Shown: positions 11,962-22,400, numbered from the stretch's first letter. The stretch: 64,000 nucleotides of DNA from Fibrobacteria bacterium (GCA_039917895.1 JBDSIO010000219.1:78-64077), one strand, 5' to 3'. Translations and numbers: made by a program. Notes: generated by a model not told the origin, from the letters alone.

Positions 11962-12928
11962 GGGATTTCCGAAAGGAGCGGCGCGCATCCTGGGAGTACT
12001 TCTGGTAACCGGATCCGTATTGGTTGCCTGGATCCGGGTACGTTCGGAACGCACCTTCACGGCCCCGGCCTCCGGTCTTTCCGCCGTTACCGATCCGGCA
12101 GTCATCGCCCGGGGTCGTTATCTGGTCCATGGGCCCGCGCATTGCGCCGATTGCCACGCGCCTCTTGCGCAAAAGGAAATGGTGGACGGAGGACGGGAAG
12201 CGGATCTCTCCGGCGGCTACGCCTTGAATACTTTTCTCGGGGAGATGCGCGCGCCCAACATCACGCCTGACAGCCTTACCGGCATCGGCGCAGTGGACGA
12301 CGCGGCGTTGGTCCGGTTCTTCCGCCACGGCATCGATCGCCGCGGCCGGGTGGGACTGCCGATCATGATGGCGCCGGATCTCGCCGACGCGGACCTGGTC
12401 GCGATCCTTTCCTATCTCCGATCGACGCCGCCGGTACGCCATGCGGTGCCGCCGAGCGGATACAACATCCTGGGGAGAATCACCAAGGCTTTCTTCCTGG
12501 AGCCATTCGCCCCGGACCCTTCGCGGCCTCCCACGCCGCCTCCCGGCCCGACGGCGGCATACGGCGGATACCTTGCCGAAGTGGTGGCCAACTGCGCGTC
12601 CTGCCACACGGCCAGGAACATGAAGACGGGGGAGTACACCGGCCCCCGCTTCGCGGGCGGATTGGAGTTCCGCAAATCCGATGACCCGGATCAGGTCCTC
12701 GTCAGTCCGAACCTCACGCCTGACAGCGCGACAGGCGTCATGGCCCAATGGAGTCTGGAAACCTTCGTTGCGCGCATGCATCAAGGCCGGATCGCGCCAT
12801 GGTCCCCCATGCCTTGGGGACCCTTCGGCAAAATGTCAAAGGACGATCTCACCGCAGTCTATCTTTACCTGCACGATCTCGATCCCGTGAACCGGGAAAA
12901 CCATCCCCCCACAAAGGAGAACCGATGA
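11942..12928 (+). CDS. Membrane-anchored diheme c-type cytochrome
   Basis: N-terminal TM helix. CADCH and CASCH motifs. The C-terminal region resembles cytochrome subunits of membrane dehydrogenases. Confidence 0.65.
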   Translation: MPKPTRKGFPKGAARILGVLLVTGSVLVAWIRVRSERTFTAPASGLSAVTDPAVIARGRYLVHGPAHCADCHAPLAQKEMVDGGREADLSGGYALNTFLGEMRAPNITPDSLTGIGAVDDAALVRFFRHGIDRRGRVGLPIMMAPDLADADLVAILSYLRSTPPVRHAVPPSGYNILGRITKAFFLEPFAPDPSRPPTPPPGPTAAYGGYLAEVVANCASCHTARNMKTGEYTGPRFAGGLEFRKSDDPDQVLVSPNLTPDSATGVMAQWSLETFVARMHQGRIAPWSPMPWGPFGKMSKDDLTAVYLYLHDLDPVNRENHPPTKENR

Positions 12929-13389
12929 CTCCGGTCCATATCCATTTGATGCTGAACCATCTTCCCGTCTTCGCGTCCGCGATCGCCTTACTGCTCCTGG
13001 GCTATGCGCTGGCGCGGGAGCACGAAAGCTATAAGAAGCTGGCTTATGTCATACTGATCGCGGCGGGACTGGCGACTCCGATGGTCTTCTTATCGGGGGA
13101 ACGCAGCGAGGAAAAGGTCGAGGACATCGCCGGGGTCTCCAAGCACGCCCTCCATGAGCACGAAGAGGCCGGGGAAGCCGCGTTGGCGGTCATGCTGACG
13201 CTAGGCGCGGCCGCATTGCTGCAATTGCTCCTCTATGCTTTTCCCAACCTGGCGCGGCTGCGCGGGAAAACCGCGTTCGCAATCTTGCTGGGATCCGCGC
13301 TGGCCCTCGGTTGGGCCGCCTGGACCGCGAAACTTGGAGGCCAGATCCGGCATGCGGAGGAAATGGGCGGGAGCGCCGCCGAGGATTGA
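12925..13389 (+). CDS. Hypothetical 4-TM membrane protein
   Basis: The internal Met (MTPVHIHLMLNHLPVFAS...) overlaps the upstream cytochrome gene's stop as ATGA. The track ORF start at 12748 would overlap the cytochrome's coding sequence. Confidence 0.45.
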   Translation: MTPVHIHLMLNHLPVFASAIALLLLGYALAREHESYKKLAYVILIAAGLATPMVFLSGERSEEKVEDIAGVSKHALHEHEEAGEAALAVMLTLGAAALLQLLLYAFPNLARLRGKTAFAILLGSALALGWAAWTAKLGGQIRHAEEMGGSAAED

Positions 13390-13592
13390 AGACCCTCCGG
13401 GACAAATTGGCACGATGTCATTCGGAAATTGACATCCTGGCCAGGATCGGCGGTAACGCCACCGCATTCTTCCTTTCAGGTTCTTGAAAGCACTAGAAAG
13501 CCACCGAAAGGCCTTCCGCAAGGCCGCGCTGGCCACCGGTTCCGGTCCCGATAGCTGGCACCGGATTTGCATTCCATCCTCGTGGGTGCCGG

Positions 13593-15017
13593 ATGGACGG
13601 TCCCCGTGAGGAGAAGACCGCCATGGCGCCGGTATCGGGTTTGGAAATCATCCAGAAGTACAATTGGCAGGTCCCGCGCTACACGTCCTATCCGCCCGCG
13701 CCCTGCTTCACCCAAAGCCCGGATAACGCCAGGACCCTGGATCTCATCGACCGTTCCAACCAGGTGGGCGCCAAGCATGTCTCCCTGTATTTCCACGTGC
13801 CCTTTTGCCCCAAGCGTTGTCTTTTTTGCGGCTGCCACACGGAGATCGGCAGGCCCGGCGCGTACATCCGCAACTACATGGAAAGCCTGGGCCGCGAGCT
13901 GGATCTCCTTTTGCCCCGCCTGGATAGTAACCGTCCAGTTACCCAGGTGCACTTCGGAGGGGGCACGCCAAACGCCGTCCCCTACGGCTATCTGGACGGA
14001 TTGCTCCGCAAGATCGCAGCGTCGCTGAATCTCGAACCCAAGGCGGAAATCGCCATCGAGTGCGACCCCAACCTGCTCACCTTGGATCGCATCGGGGAAC
14101 TGGCCGGGATGGGATTCAACCGCCTGTCGATCGGCATCCAGGATTTCGATCCGAAGGTGCTGGAGGCGGTCAACCGCCGGTTCCCGAAAGTGGCCCCCAA
14201 GGAAATGTTCCGCCTGGCGCACGAGCACGGCTTCGCCGGAAACAACCTCGACCTGATTTATGGCCTTCCCTATCAGACCGCCGAATCCTTCCGTACCGCC
14301 ATCGATAAGGCTATCGACGCGGGTCCGGATCGGATCTCTTTGTTCCCCTACGCCCACGTGCCTTGGGTGAAGGGCCACCAGAGCAAGCTCCAGGCCTTGC
14401 CGATGGCCGGCGTGGAGGAGCGTCTGAAAATCGCCTGGGAGTCCAGGGAAAGCCTGATGGCTGCGGGTTTCGTCCCCATCGGCATGGATCATTTCGCCCG
14501 GCCCGGGGATGAGCTCGCCATCGCCGCGCGCACCCATGGGTTGCATAGGAACTTCCAGGGCTATTGCACGTCGGCCCGCGCGGGCCAGGTGTATGCGCTA
14601 GGGGCCTCGGCCATCAGCCAACTCCATGAGGGCTACATCCAGAACGTCAAGGATCTGGAGCGCTATTTCGCCGCCGTTAACGGGGGCAGGCTTTCCCACG
14701 AAACCGCCTACCGCATGCGGCCCCAGGACGTGGCGGTGCGCAACATCATCAATGGCCTGCTCTGCGACGGGGAAGCCCGCATCGCCGCCAGCCTCGATGC
14801 GGAAGGTCTTTCCGCGGAGTGGAAGGAAGCCTATCTGGCAACGGCCATGGCGAACCTGGCCCCGTTGTTGGCGGATCATCTCGCCGTTGTCGAAGGCGAT
14901 ATCGTGCGGCTGACCGCGGACGGGCATTACGCCTCGCGTGCCGTGGCCTCGGCTTTCGATCCCATGCTCAAGGCCAAGACCCCGCAGGACGCGCCGCGCT
15001 ATTCGCAGGCGTTGTAA
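13593..15017 (+). CDS. hemN: Oxygen-independent coproporphyrinogen III oxidase (radical SAM HemN)
   Basis: PRYTSYPPA...LYFHVPFCPKRCLFCGCH, then a HemN C-terminal domain. The alternative start at 13623 (MAPVSG) is equally likely. Confidence 0.85.
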   Translation: MDGPREEKTAMAPVSGLEIIQKYNWQVPRYTSYPPAPCFTQSPDNARTLDLIDRSNQVGAKHVSLYFHVPFCPKRCLFCGCHTEIGRPGAYIRNYMESLGRELDLLLPRLDSNRPVTQVHFGGGTPNAVPYGYLDGLLRKIAASLNLEPKAEIAIECDPNLLTLDRIGELAGMGFNRLSIGIQDFDPKVLEAVNRRFPKVAPKEMFRLAHEHGFAGNNLDLIYGLPYQTAESFRTAIDKAIDAGPDRISLFPYAHVPWVKGHQSKLQALPMAGVEERLKIAWESRESLMAAGFVPIGMDHFARPGDELAIAARTHGLHRNFQGYCTSARAGQVYALGASAISQLHEGYIQNVKDLERYFAAVNGGRLSHETAYRMRPQDVAVRNIINGLLCDGEARIAASLDAEGLSAEWKEAYLATAMANLAPLLADHLAVVEGDIVRLTADGHYASRAVASAFDPMLKAKTPQDAPRYSQAL

Positions 15018-15211
15018 TTCCGTCAAGAAATTCCGCTGGAGCTGCCATTGTGGCGCAGCGCCGTGAGGGTCCGCGGGACCGCATGGCGAATCCGCGCACT
15101 GCGGAGCCGTCGGCTGCCGAAACGGTTCTCCCTCCCGACCGGATCGGGATTTGCTTCAGGTTTCCCCTGTGCCACCCTCACAACAGACGTCGCACAGAAA
15201 GGGATTTTAAC

Positions 15212-15631
15212 ATGCGTTTCCATCCGATAGTTGCGGGCATGCTCGCAGTAGCGACCATTGCCGCCGCGAACGGCAAAGCTCTTGGTGGCCATGAGGCCAA
15301 AAAGGCGAGTCAGCTCGAAGAGGGCCGGAAGGTCTTCGAGATCAATTGCGTGGCATGCCATGGAGCCGAAGGCAAAGGGGACGGCGTTGCCGCGGCCGCG
15401 CTCGAACCCAAACCTCGCAATTTCACCGACGCGGCTTATATGAAGGCCCGTCCCGTCGCCACCCTACGCCAAGTCATCACCGAAGGCGGACAAAGCGTAG
15501 GCCTTTCCCCGATCATGGTGGGCTGGAAGGCGTCCCTGACCGGGGACCAGATCGAGTCGGTGCTCAAGTACGTCCAGTCCTTCAGCAAACCGGCCAAGAA
15601 GGGCGCGAAGGTCAAGCAGGCCGCACACTAA
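15212..15631 (+). CDS. Monoheme class I c-type cytochrome (periplasmic)
   Basis: ATG at 15212 is preceded by AAAGGGA. Signal peptide MRFHPIVAGMLAVATIAAANG. One CVACH motif. The listed ORF 14819..15631 has an implausible Arg-rich N-terminal extension. Confidence 0.65.
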   Translation: MRFHPIVAGMLAVATIAAANGKALGGHEAKKASQLEEGRKVFEINCVACHGAEGKGDGVAAAALEPKPRNFTDAAYMKARPVATLRQVITEGGQSVGLSPIMVGWKASLTGDQIESVLKYVQSFSKPAKKGAKVKQAAH

Positions 15632-15664
15632 ACCGGGCCCTTTCGAACGATCCGCCAGGCCTAT

Positions 15665-16165
15665 TCATTCCGGCAAGGCCGGCGGAGCCGTAGTTCTCCC
15701 TCTCCTGGCCGAAATTTCCTCCAACGCCATCCGGAACGCCCCGGGTTGCTTGACGGAGAGAGACAGCTTTACCAGGGCGTACCGTTCCAAAGTTTCCATA
15801 TCCAGCCACCGAGACGCCTCCATCGGAGCGGATAGCGCTTCACAGCCGATGCGGACGCATTCCGGGACCGGCAAACGCCTCTCCCACCCGCTGCAATCTA
15901 CGCTTATACGCTTGGGAGCATCCGCTTCCGGGCACGCCGCCAGGAGCCGTTCCAGACGATTGCGGATAGCCGTCAACTCTTCCCCCGTGTCCGCCGGCAT
16001 CGCCGCCAGTTCGAATCGAGCCGGAACCGGCAGCCATTGCCAGGCCGGCAGGCCGATCTTGAGTCCAACGCAATCCAGTCGATACCGCATAGCCATCGGA
16101 ATGAAACGCAAGTCGCTACGGTACTCACGCTCATATTCGAATAAACTCGCAATCCTAAGCTCCAT
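15665..16165 (-). CDS. Nitrate reductase-associated protein (TIGR02664-like)
   Basis: The N-terminus LFEYEREYRSDLRFIPMAMRYRLDCVGLKIGLPAWQWL resembles that family's conserved N-terminus, recalled from memory. It sits divergent from the Mo-cofactor genes. Confidence 0.45.
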   Translation of the reverse strand: MELRIASLFEYEREYRSDLRFIPMAMRYRLDCVGLKIGLPAWQWLPVPARFELAAMPADTGEELTAIRNRLERLLAACPEADAPKRISVDCSGWERRLPVPECVRIGCEALSAPMEASRWLDMETLERYALVKLSLSVKQPGAFRMALEEISARRGRTTAPPALPE

Positions 16166-16339
16166 GAGCTTCCCCCATTCCGGATTCCTCTAAGGGTCCG
16201 TTAAGTACGCGGGCTGTACCCGCAAGATCCGGGCCTCGACACATTGTCACGATTAATGCAATTCAGACAGCGTCGCTTCCCCGTATTCCGTGAAACCATG
16301 AAAATCTGAACCCGTTCGCGGATTGGAAAATCCGCCAAG

Positions 16340-17614
16340 GTGGTACACGCTTTGCTTCCTTGCGTTCCCATGGTTCCATCAGAGGGGAAAATCCCTGTAC
16401 TCGAGGCGGAACAACGCATTCAGGCGAGTCTGCGCATTCTACCCGCCGAGTCGGTGGAAATGACCGCTTGCGCGGGACGGATCCTACGGGAGCCGATAGC
16501 GGCCGACCGCGCCTATCCGCCAATGGACAAGATATGCATGGACGGGATCGCCATCCGGTTCGGCGACTATTCGGCGGGGACGCGGGAGTTCCGCGTCATC
16601 GGAATCGGCAAGGCGGGTGAGGAGCCGATTCGATCGGCCGGCGACGGCACCTGTTCCGAGGTGATGACGGGAGCACCCTGTCCTTCCGGATACGATTGCG
16701 TGATCCCGATCGAACAGGTCGTTTATTTGGGCGACTTCGCGAACGTGTTACCTGAGCGGTCCGTCAGGCCGGGTCAGAACGTGCACCGGATGGGAAGCGA
16801 TTGCGCAGCCGGCCGGTTTTTGTTGTCCGAAGGCCAGCGCCTCAACGCCGCAAGAATCGCGATCGCGGCATCAGTGGGCATGACAAGCCTCAAAGTGACC
16901 CGCCGTCCCGTGATCCGCGTAATCGCGACCGGCGACGAAATCGTTGGCCCGGGAAAGGGTCCGATGCCTTGGCAGCTAAGGCAATCCAACGCCCCGGCGC
17001 TCGCAGCCATGATGTCAGGCTTTGCGAGCGTGGAAACGCAATGGGTGCGAGACGATCCCGACGCGCTTCGCGAAAGCATCGGCTGGGGGCTGGAAGGTAC
17101 GGATTTGTTCGTCCTTTCCGGGGGGGTCTCCGCGGGGAAATTCGATTTCGTACCCGCCGCGCTCGAAAGCGCCGGAATCACGCGAAGTTTCCACAAAGCG
17201 GCGATCCGTCCCGGCAAACCGCTTTGGTTCGGCCTGACTTCGGACGGCCGGCCGGTATTCGGACTGCCCGGCAATCCCGTGTCCTTCCTGATTTGCCTGC
17301 GCAGGTTCGTATTGCCGTTGTTGCATGGGATGTCCGGCGCCGCGGCCCCTCTCCGCGCCTCCCGCATCCGTCTGGGTTCCGAAGTAAACGCGCTTCCGGG
17401 CCAAACCCACTTCCTACCCGTTCAATGCATGCGGGCGAATGACGGAGGGTCTATCGCCGTACCTTGCCCGACCAACGGCTCCGGTGACTTTTGCGGCCTG
17501 GGGAATTCGGACGGCTTCGTGGAAATCGAACCAGCCCCGCTTACCGGCTCCCGTCCGCACCGCTCACCTATCGTCGCAGGGGACTCCGTCCCATGGTTTC
17601 CCTGGGAAGGTTGA
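16340..17614 (+). CDS. moeA: Molybdopterin molybdotransferase MoeA
   Basis: MoeA N-terminal, MoCF-binding (GGVSAGKFDF) and C-terminal domains are present. Its stop overlaps the moaA ATG. Confidence 0.8.
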   Translation: MVHALLPCVPMVPSEGKIPVLEAEQRIQASLRILPAESVEMTACAGRILREPIAADRAYPPMDKICMDGIAIRFGDYSAGTREFRVIGIGKAGEEPIRSAGDGTCSEVMTGAPCPSGYDCVIPIEQVVYLGDFANVLPERSVRPGQNVHRMGSDCAAGRFLLSEGQRLNAARIAIAASVGMTSLKVTRRPVIRVIATGDEIVGPGKGPMPWQLRQSNAPALAAMMSGFASVETQWVRDDPDALRESIGWGLEGTDLFVLSGGVSAGKFDFVPAALESAGITRSFHKAAIRPGKPLWFGLTSDGRPVFGLPGNPVSFLICLRRFVLPLLHGMSGAAAPLRASRIRLGSEVNALPGQTHFLPVQCMRANDGGSIAVPCPTNGSGDFCGLGNSDGFVEIEPAPLTGSRPHRSPIVAGDSVPWFPWEG

Positions 17615-18571
17615 ATGCGCTTCCGAACGGTTCCGCGCCTTATTGACAAGCATGGCAGGGTGATGCGCAAACTCCGGGTTTCCCTCACCGATGCCTGCAA
17701 CTACCAATGCTTTTACTGTATGCCGGCCCGTCCCGTGTTCACGCGGAAGGGATTACTGCTTGAACCCAGCGAATACCGCGCCCTGTGCGGATCCCTGGTC
17801 GCCGCCGGAATCGAGGAGCTAAGGATCACCGGCGGCGAGCCAACGGTGCGTCCCGGGTTCGAAAGCATCCTGGAGAACCTGGGCGGGTTGCCGGTACGCC
17901 GCAAGGGTATCACCAGCAATGGGCACCTGTTGGCGGGGCATCTCCGATTTCTCAAAGCAAACGGCTGGAATAGCATCAATATCAGCCTCGACAGCCTGGA
18001 TCCGGGCCGGTTCGCGAGCATTACCGGGGGTGGGGATTTCCGCACCGTGATGGCTTGCATCGAAAAGGCGGCGGGACTGGGTTTGCGCGTCAAGGTGAAC
18101 AGCGTCGTGATGAGAGGTGTGAATGATGACGAGTTGGAGGATTTCACGGAATGGGGGGCGCGCTCCGGCATTGAAGTCCGTTTCCTGGAATACATGCGCA
18201 TCGGACCGGATCTCGCCCGTCACCCTCAGCGCTTCATGAGCGCGGAAGAAATGATTTCCGCCCTCCGCCGCAAATACCATCTGGAACCCTTGCGGGCGGC
18301 GCCGGATTCGACGGCGCTCCTCTTTGGCACGGATTCCGGCGCAAAGTTGGGATTCATCGCTTCGGAATCCAAGGCCTTCTGCGCGACGTGTTCCCGCCTC
18401 AGGCTTTCAGCCACCGGCGTCCTGCGCGCCTGCGTGATGAACCCGGAAGGGATTTCCATCCGCCATGCTTCGCCGGATGATCTGCCCGGAATCTTCGCGA
18501 AGGTGATGGGAATGAAACCGCTGATCCACCCCGATTCCAATCCGCTGCCGATGCATGCCCTGGGAGGATGA
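17615..18571 (+). CDS. moaA: GTP 3',8-cyclase MoaA (radical SAM)
   Basis: LRVSLTDACNYQCFYCMP radical SAM motif and a C-terminal MoaA Fe-S Cys triad (CATCSRLRLSATGVLRAC). Confidence 0.85.
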   Translation: MRFRTVPRLIDKHGRVMRKLRVSLTDACNYQCFYCMPARPVFTRKGLLLEPSEYRALCGSLVAAGIEELRITGGEPTVRPGFESILENLGGLPVRRKGITSNGHLLAGHLRFLKANGWNSINISLDSLDPGRFASITGGGDFRTVMACIEKAAGLGLRVKVNSVVMRGVNDDELEDFTEWGARSGIEVRFLEYMRIGPDLARHPQRFMSAEEMISALRRKYHLEPLRAAPDSTALLFGTDSGAKLGFIASESKAFCATCSRLRLSATGVLRACVMNPEGISIRHASPDDLPGIFAKVMGMKPLIHPDSNPLPMHALGG

Positions 18572-18660
18572 GAATGGCTGGCGGTTTGGGCATCCGGCGG
18601 TAGAGCCGGTCGCCGATAACGACTACGAACGCGGCGTAATGCCGCCAAGAAAGGAACGGA

Positions 18661-18921
18661 ATGATTGAGACATCGGTGGGATTGGATGTTACCGTGGAGT
18701 ACTTCGCGCTGTTCCGCTCGTGCGCCAGGAAAAGCTTGGAGAAAATCCATCTCGATGAAAGCGCGCCGGCCGCTTTGTATGATGCGTTGCGCGCGCGATA
18801 CCGGTTTCCCTTGGCTAAGGAACTCGTCCACCTGGTTGTCAACGACGAGTACTCGCCTTGGGATAAAGCGCTCCAGCCGGGGGATCGGGTCGTGTTCATT
18901 CCGCCCGTTTCGGGAGGTTGA
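18661..18921 (+). CDS. moaD: Molybdopterin synthase sulfur-carrier subunit MoaD
   Basis: 86 aa ending in Gly-Gly (PPVSGG). It overlaps the moaE start. Confidence 0.7.
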   Translation: MIETSVGLDVTVEYFALFRSCARKSLEKIHLDESAPAALYDALRARYRFPLAKELVHLVVNDEYSPWDKALQPGDRVVFIPPVSGG

Positions 18922-19442
18922 TCATGTTCCGTCTTACGGAAGCACCCATCGAAATCCGCGCCATGCGCGATACCTTGTCGAATCCCGCTTGCGGCGGCTT
19001 CGTCTCTTTCGAGGGCCGGGTACGCAACCACCATCAGGGTTCGGAAGTCGTTAAACTGGAATATGAAGCCTATCCCAAGCTGGCCATCTCCGAAGGGAAC
19101 CGGATCCTGGCGGCTCTCAAGCAGAAGTACGGACTTTCCGGCATCCTCTGCGTCCACCGCACAGGTGAATTGAGCGTAGGCGAGATTGCGGTCTGGATCG
19201 GGGCCATCGGCGTACACCGACGGGAATGCTTCGCGGCCGTCTCCGAGGCCATGTCGCTCATCAAAGAGTCGGTGCCCATTTGGAAGCACGAGTGGTACGC
19301 CAATGGGGACGATGAGTGGGTGCGCTGCAGCCACGAGCATGAGGAAGCCCCGGCGGACCAGGTCATTCGTCACGGACGGCCTCCGTCCGGTCCGCACCCG
19401 GTTGCTACGATAATGAAGGAGGACGGGCGACGCCGCTACTGA
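18918..19442 (+). CDS. moaE: Molybdopterin synthase catalytic subunit MoaE
   Basis: MoaE fold signature region (FEGRVRNHHQG...LEYEAYPKLA...IWKHEWY). Confidence 0.8.
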   Translation: MIMFRLTEAPIEIRAMRDTLSNPACGGFVSFEGRVRNHHQGSEVVKLEYEAYPKLAISEGNRILAALKQKYGLSGILCVHRTGELSVGEIAVWIGAIGVHRRECFAAVSEAMSLIKESVPIWKHEWYANGDDEWVRCSHEHEEAPADQVIRHGRPPSGPHPVATIMKEDGRRRY

Positions 19443-19608
19443 TCCCGGCATTCTTCCTTACGGCCCTCTTGTATGCCGGGGCCGGGTTCGCCGGAGGTTC
19501 GACTTATCTGGCCCTGCTGGTGTTGCTGGGATGGAAGACCGGAGGCATCGCCTCCATGGCTCTGATTTGCAATTTGCTGGTCGCCGGCCAAGGTCAAACC
19601 GCGTGCTG
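19442..19608 (+). pseudogene. Remnant of a TauE/SafE-family permease N-terminus (no start codon, truncated after ~55 codons)
   Basis: The reading frame IPAFFLTALLYAGAGFAGGSTYLALLVLLGW... resembles the first TM/Gly-rich motif of TauE-family transporters. It has no ATG and ends at a TGA at 19606. Confidence 0.25.
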
Positions 19609-19714
19609 AGATATTGGACCGCGGCATTGGTGCTGGCCGCGGCAGCGCGTATTCTCTGGCAATCCCGTTAACTCGAAGGTTACCAAGCTTCCGGAAGTCC
19701 GCGCCCCGCGGACG

Positions 19715-20405
19715 CTACTTGGCGCAGTCCGCTCCCAACGCGCAGTTCATGGCCTCGTCCTTCAGGGATTCGCCATCCACCCAATCGGCGGGGACGACTT
19801 GCAGGTTCATGCGCGCGCACTCCCGCGCGACCAGCTCCGCGACCCAGGCGAATACCGGCCCGTAGAACAGGCTGGCCTCCACGCCCGGACGCCGCGCGAT
19901 GGCACCGACGAAGCGGCCTAGATGCTCCCTCAGGAATTTACGTAAAGCGTCCCCCACGATTTCCGCGCCTTCGGCATCGTTCGCCTCGGTCAGGTGCACG
20001 TCCTTCATGAGCATCAGGGAGTAGAACTCCAGTTCGATGCCCACATGATCCAGCATTTCCATGCCGTCGAGGGACGCATCCAACTCGAATCCGAAGGCCC
20101 GGTAGAACCCGGCGATATCCGACAGCTCGGTACCCTTGGCCATGGCGCGGCGGCGGTCGTATTCGGTTTCATAGATGGGATTGGAATCCTTGCCGTTGTC
20201 GAAGATGGAGATGTATTCGGATTGCAAATCCCGGATCACGTCCTTGGAGGTCCATTTCAGGATCAGGGCCCGCAACGCATCGGGCATCCGGATGTCGCCA
20301 TCGTCCAGGAGAACCGGGACGTTTCCGGAAATGAAGTCCATGGGATAGGAGGTCAGGATCGAAGCCAGTACGAAGGGGGCGGGTCTGCTATCCATGTCAG
20401 TCATG
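19715..20405 (-). CDS. TorD/NarJ-family redox-enzyme maturation chaperone (NxrD-like)
   Basis: TorD-like helical protein. The internal Met start (MTDMDSRPAPF...) at 20405 is placed just downstream of the gamma subunit stop. The longer track ORF start (20572) would overlap the gamma gene by about 175 nt. Confidence 0.65.
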
Positions 20406-21257
20406 CTCGATTTTAAAGGGTTTCCAGGCCATGGTGATGGATTTGCGGGAGCCGACTTCGTCCGCGCCGCCTTGCCAGACCGCCAAGCCGAAAGAGGATC
20501 CTTCGCCCTCCACCAGCACCGATCCCCCAGGGCAGTTGATGGCGCGGGCGACGACCACGGTCCATTCCCCATCCTTCCAGGCCCCGCGGCCGGAGGAGTT
20601 GCCTCCGGCGGTCACCACGGAAGTCCCGAAGCCCTCGGCCATCATTTCGTCGACCGCATGCTTGCGGCTCGCCTGGGGATTTCCCGAGGCGACGGCCGGG
20701 GAGAAGGTTTCCGTTTCGGCTTGGGTGGCGGGTTTCAAACGGCCGCGATCGGGGAATTCGTTGGGATAGATATCCGATTGCAGGTTCGGATAAATCTCCT
20801 TTACCGTTTTCTTCCCAACCAGCTCGTCATGCTGGTATTGCGCCCGCCAATGGAAGATATGCACGGGATTCTTGGGGCCGCCCATGAAGATGGGCGGAGG
20901 CACGGCATTGTCCAGCACCGGGAATTCCAAGGCGACGGCGTCGGAAAACTCGGCCAGACGGCCCGCCTCCGAGGCTTCCCTATCGGCCCAGCGCAGCCGG
21001 TAAGCGATGTACTTGCCGTCGTGGACGATCTGGACCTTCACCTTTTCCGTTTCCGCCTTGTCCGGCTTGGGCTTGGCTATCATCTGCGCCATCAGCGCCA
21101 CCTCCGCCTCGGGAACGCCTTTCCAGTAATCCGCATCGACCTGCGGGGGCTTGGAAAGGTCCGCGGCGATTTTATGGACCTGGTAATCAGCGGCCCCGGC
21201 CAGGGAAAAGCAGAGCGTCGCGAAGGAAATCGAAGCATATGTCGTCAGCGGATTCAT
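20397..21257 (-). CDS. Gamma subunit of a type II DMSO-reductase-family enzyme (EB_dh heme-b domain; NxrC/EbdC/DdhC-like), soluble and periplasmic
   Basis: Sec signal peptide (ASISFATLCFSLAGAA), no TM anchor, and an EB_dh-type domain. It lies immediately downstream of the beta subunit. Confidence 0.65.
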   Translation of the reverse strand: MNPLTTYASISFATLCFSLAGAADYQVHKIAADLSKPPQVDADYWKGVPEAEVALMAQMIAKPKPDKAETEKVKVQIVHDGKYIAYRLRWADREASEAGRLAEFSDAVALEFPVLDNAVPPPIFMGGPKNPVHIFHWRAQYQHDELVGKKTVKEIYPNLQSDIYPNEFPDRGRLKPATQAETETFSPAVASGNPQASRKHAVDEMMAEGFGTSVVTAGGNSSGRGAWKDGEWTVVVARAINCPGGSVLVEGEGSSFGLAVWQGGADEVGSRKSITMAWKPFKIEHD

Positions 21258-21266
21258 CCCGTCTCC

Positions 21267-22397
21267 TCAGGGTGTGTTGTTTCTGGAAACCTTCAGCTTT
21301 TCGTCGAACGCTGCCCTCTCGAAAATCGGCTCCGTGACCGGTACCCGGACGATCTCGTCGCCCTTCTCGTCGAACCCCATGGCAATGCCGTCCTTCACCT
21401 TGAAGCCGTGCATGATGCGATCGGTGCTGCCGATCAGGACCATAAGGCCTTGGGCCACGGGATCGTTCTTAAGGTTCTTGTAGTTCTCGATGGCCTTGTC
21501 GACCTTCGGCCCGAACATCTGAAGCAGGTAGTCCCGGTCCGCATGGATGGGCGGGATGTAATAGATGTTCGGTTCCAGGCCCAGCTGCGGATAATACGGC
21601 AGGGCCAATTCCTTATTGTGGATCAGATAGTCGATGGGATTGTCCTGGCGGATGTTCCACGGCGGGTTCACAAACCCCATCACCCGGATCTTGCCGATGC
21701 AGTTCTGAACGCACATCGGCTGGTAGCCTTTTTCCACGGCCGGATAGCATCCAATGCATTTCTCGCTCGTCCGCGTATGCGTGTTATACATGGATTTCTT
21801 GTAAGGGCAGGCCCGCACGCATTCTCCGTAGCCCTTGCAGCGGCTCTGGTCGATTAGGACGATACCGTCCTCCTCGCGCTTGTAAATGGCCTTGCGCGGG
21901 CAGGAGGCCAAGCAGGCGGGATAGGTGCAATGCGCGCAGGTGCGCGGCAGGTAGAAGAACCACTTGTCGTGAGGCAGGTTGATTTCCTGGCCCGTGGTCA
22001 CGTTGCCCAGGCAATCATCCTCGCCGTTGTTCGGGTACATCCAGTCTTCGTCCTTGGGCGCGAAGTGGGCGACCACCTCGTTGGCGCCGGCCGCTTCGAA
22101 AATCGTCTTGCCGTAGTACGGTTCCTTCGCCTTCCAGGCCTGGGCACCCAGCTTTTCCAGCACGCGGACGTCCCAGGCCAACGGATAGGAGCCGTAGGGC
22201 TTGGTCTCCACGTTGTTCCAGAACATGTACTCCTGGCCCTTGCCGCTGGTCCAGGTGGTCTTGCAGGCCAGCGAACAGGTTTGGCAAGCGATGCACTTGT
22301 TCAAATCGAATATGATGGACCACTGCCGTTTGGGACGGGATTCCGCATAGGGATATTCCATCTCGCGCTGCAAGTGCCAATTCTTCACCTTTGCCAT
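21267..22397 (-). CDS. nxrB: Beta subunit (4 Fe-S clusters) of a NarH/NxrB-type molybdoenzyme
   Basis: CIACQTCSLAC..., CAHCTYPACLASCP, CKGYGECVRACP and CIGCYP motifs. 376 aa, 4 nt downstream of the alpha subunit. Confidence 0.85.
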   Translation of the reverse strand: MAKVKNWHLQREMEYPYAESRPKRQWSIIFDLNKCIACQTCSLACKTTWTSGKGQEYMFWNNVETKPYGSYPLAWDVRVLEKLGAQAWKAKEPYYGKTIFEAAGANEVVAHFAPKDEDWMYPNNGEDDCLGNVTTGQEINLPHDKWFFYLPRTCAHCTYPACLASCPRKAIYKREEDGIVLIDQSRCKGYGECVRACPYKKSMYNTHTRTSEKCIGCYPAVEKGYQPMCVQNCIGKIRVMGFVNPPWNIRQDNPIDYLIHNKELALPYYPQLGLEPNIYYIPPIHADRDYLLQMFGPKVDKAIENYKNLKNDPVAQGLMVLIGSTDRIMHGFKVKDGIAMGFDEKGDEIVRVPVTEPIFERAAFDEKLKVSRNNTP

Positions 22398-22400
22398 GCC

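Noticed and set aside
13476-14546. 356-aa minus-strand ORF inside hemN
   Set aside because: Antisense shadow of hemN, which has unmistakable radical SAM/HemN motifs.
19480-19500. GGTTCGA T-loop-like motif
   Set aside because: Checked as a possible tRNA signature. It lies within the TauE-like coding remnant, with no acceptor stem or anticodon arm structure around it.
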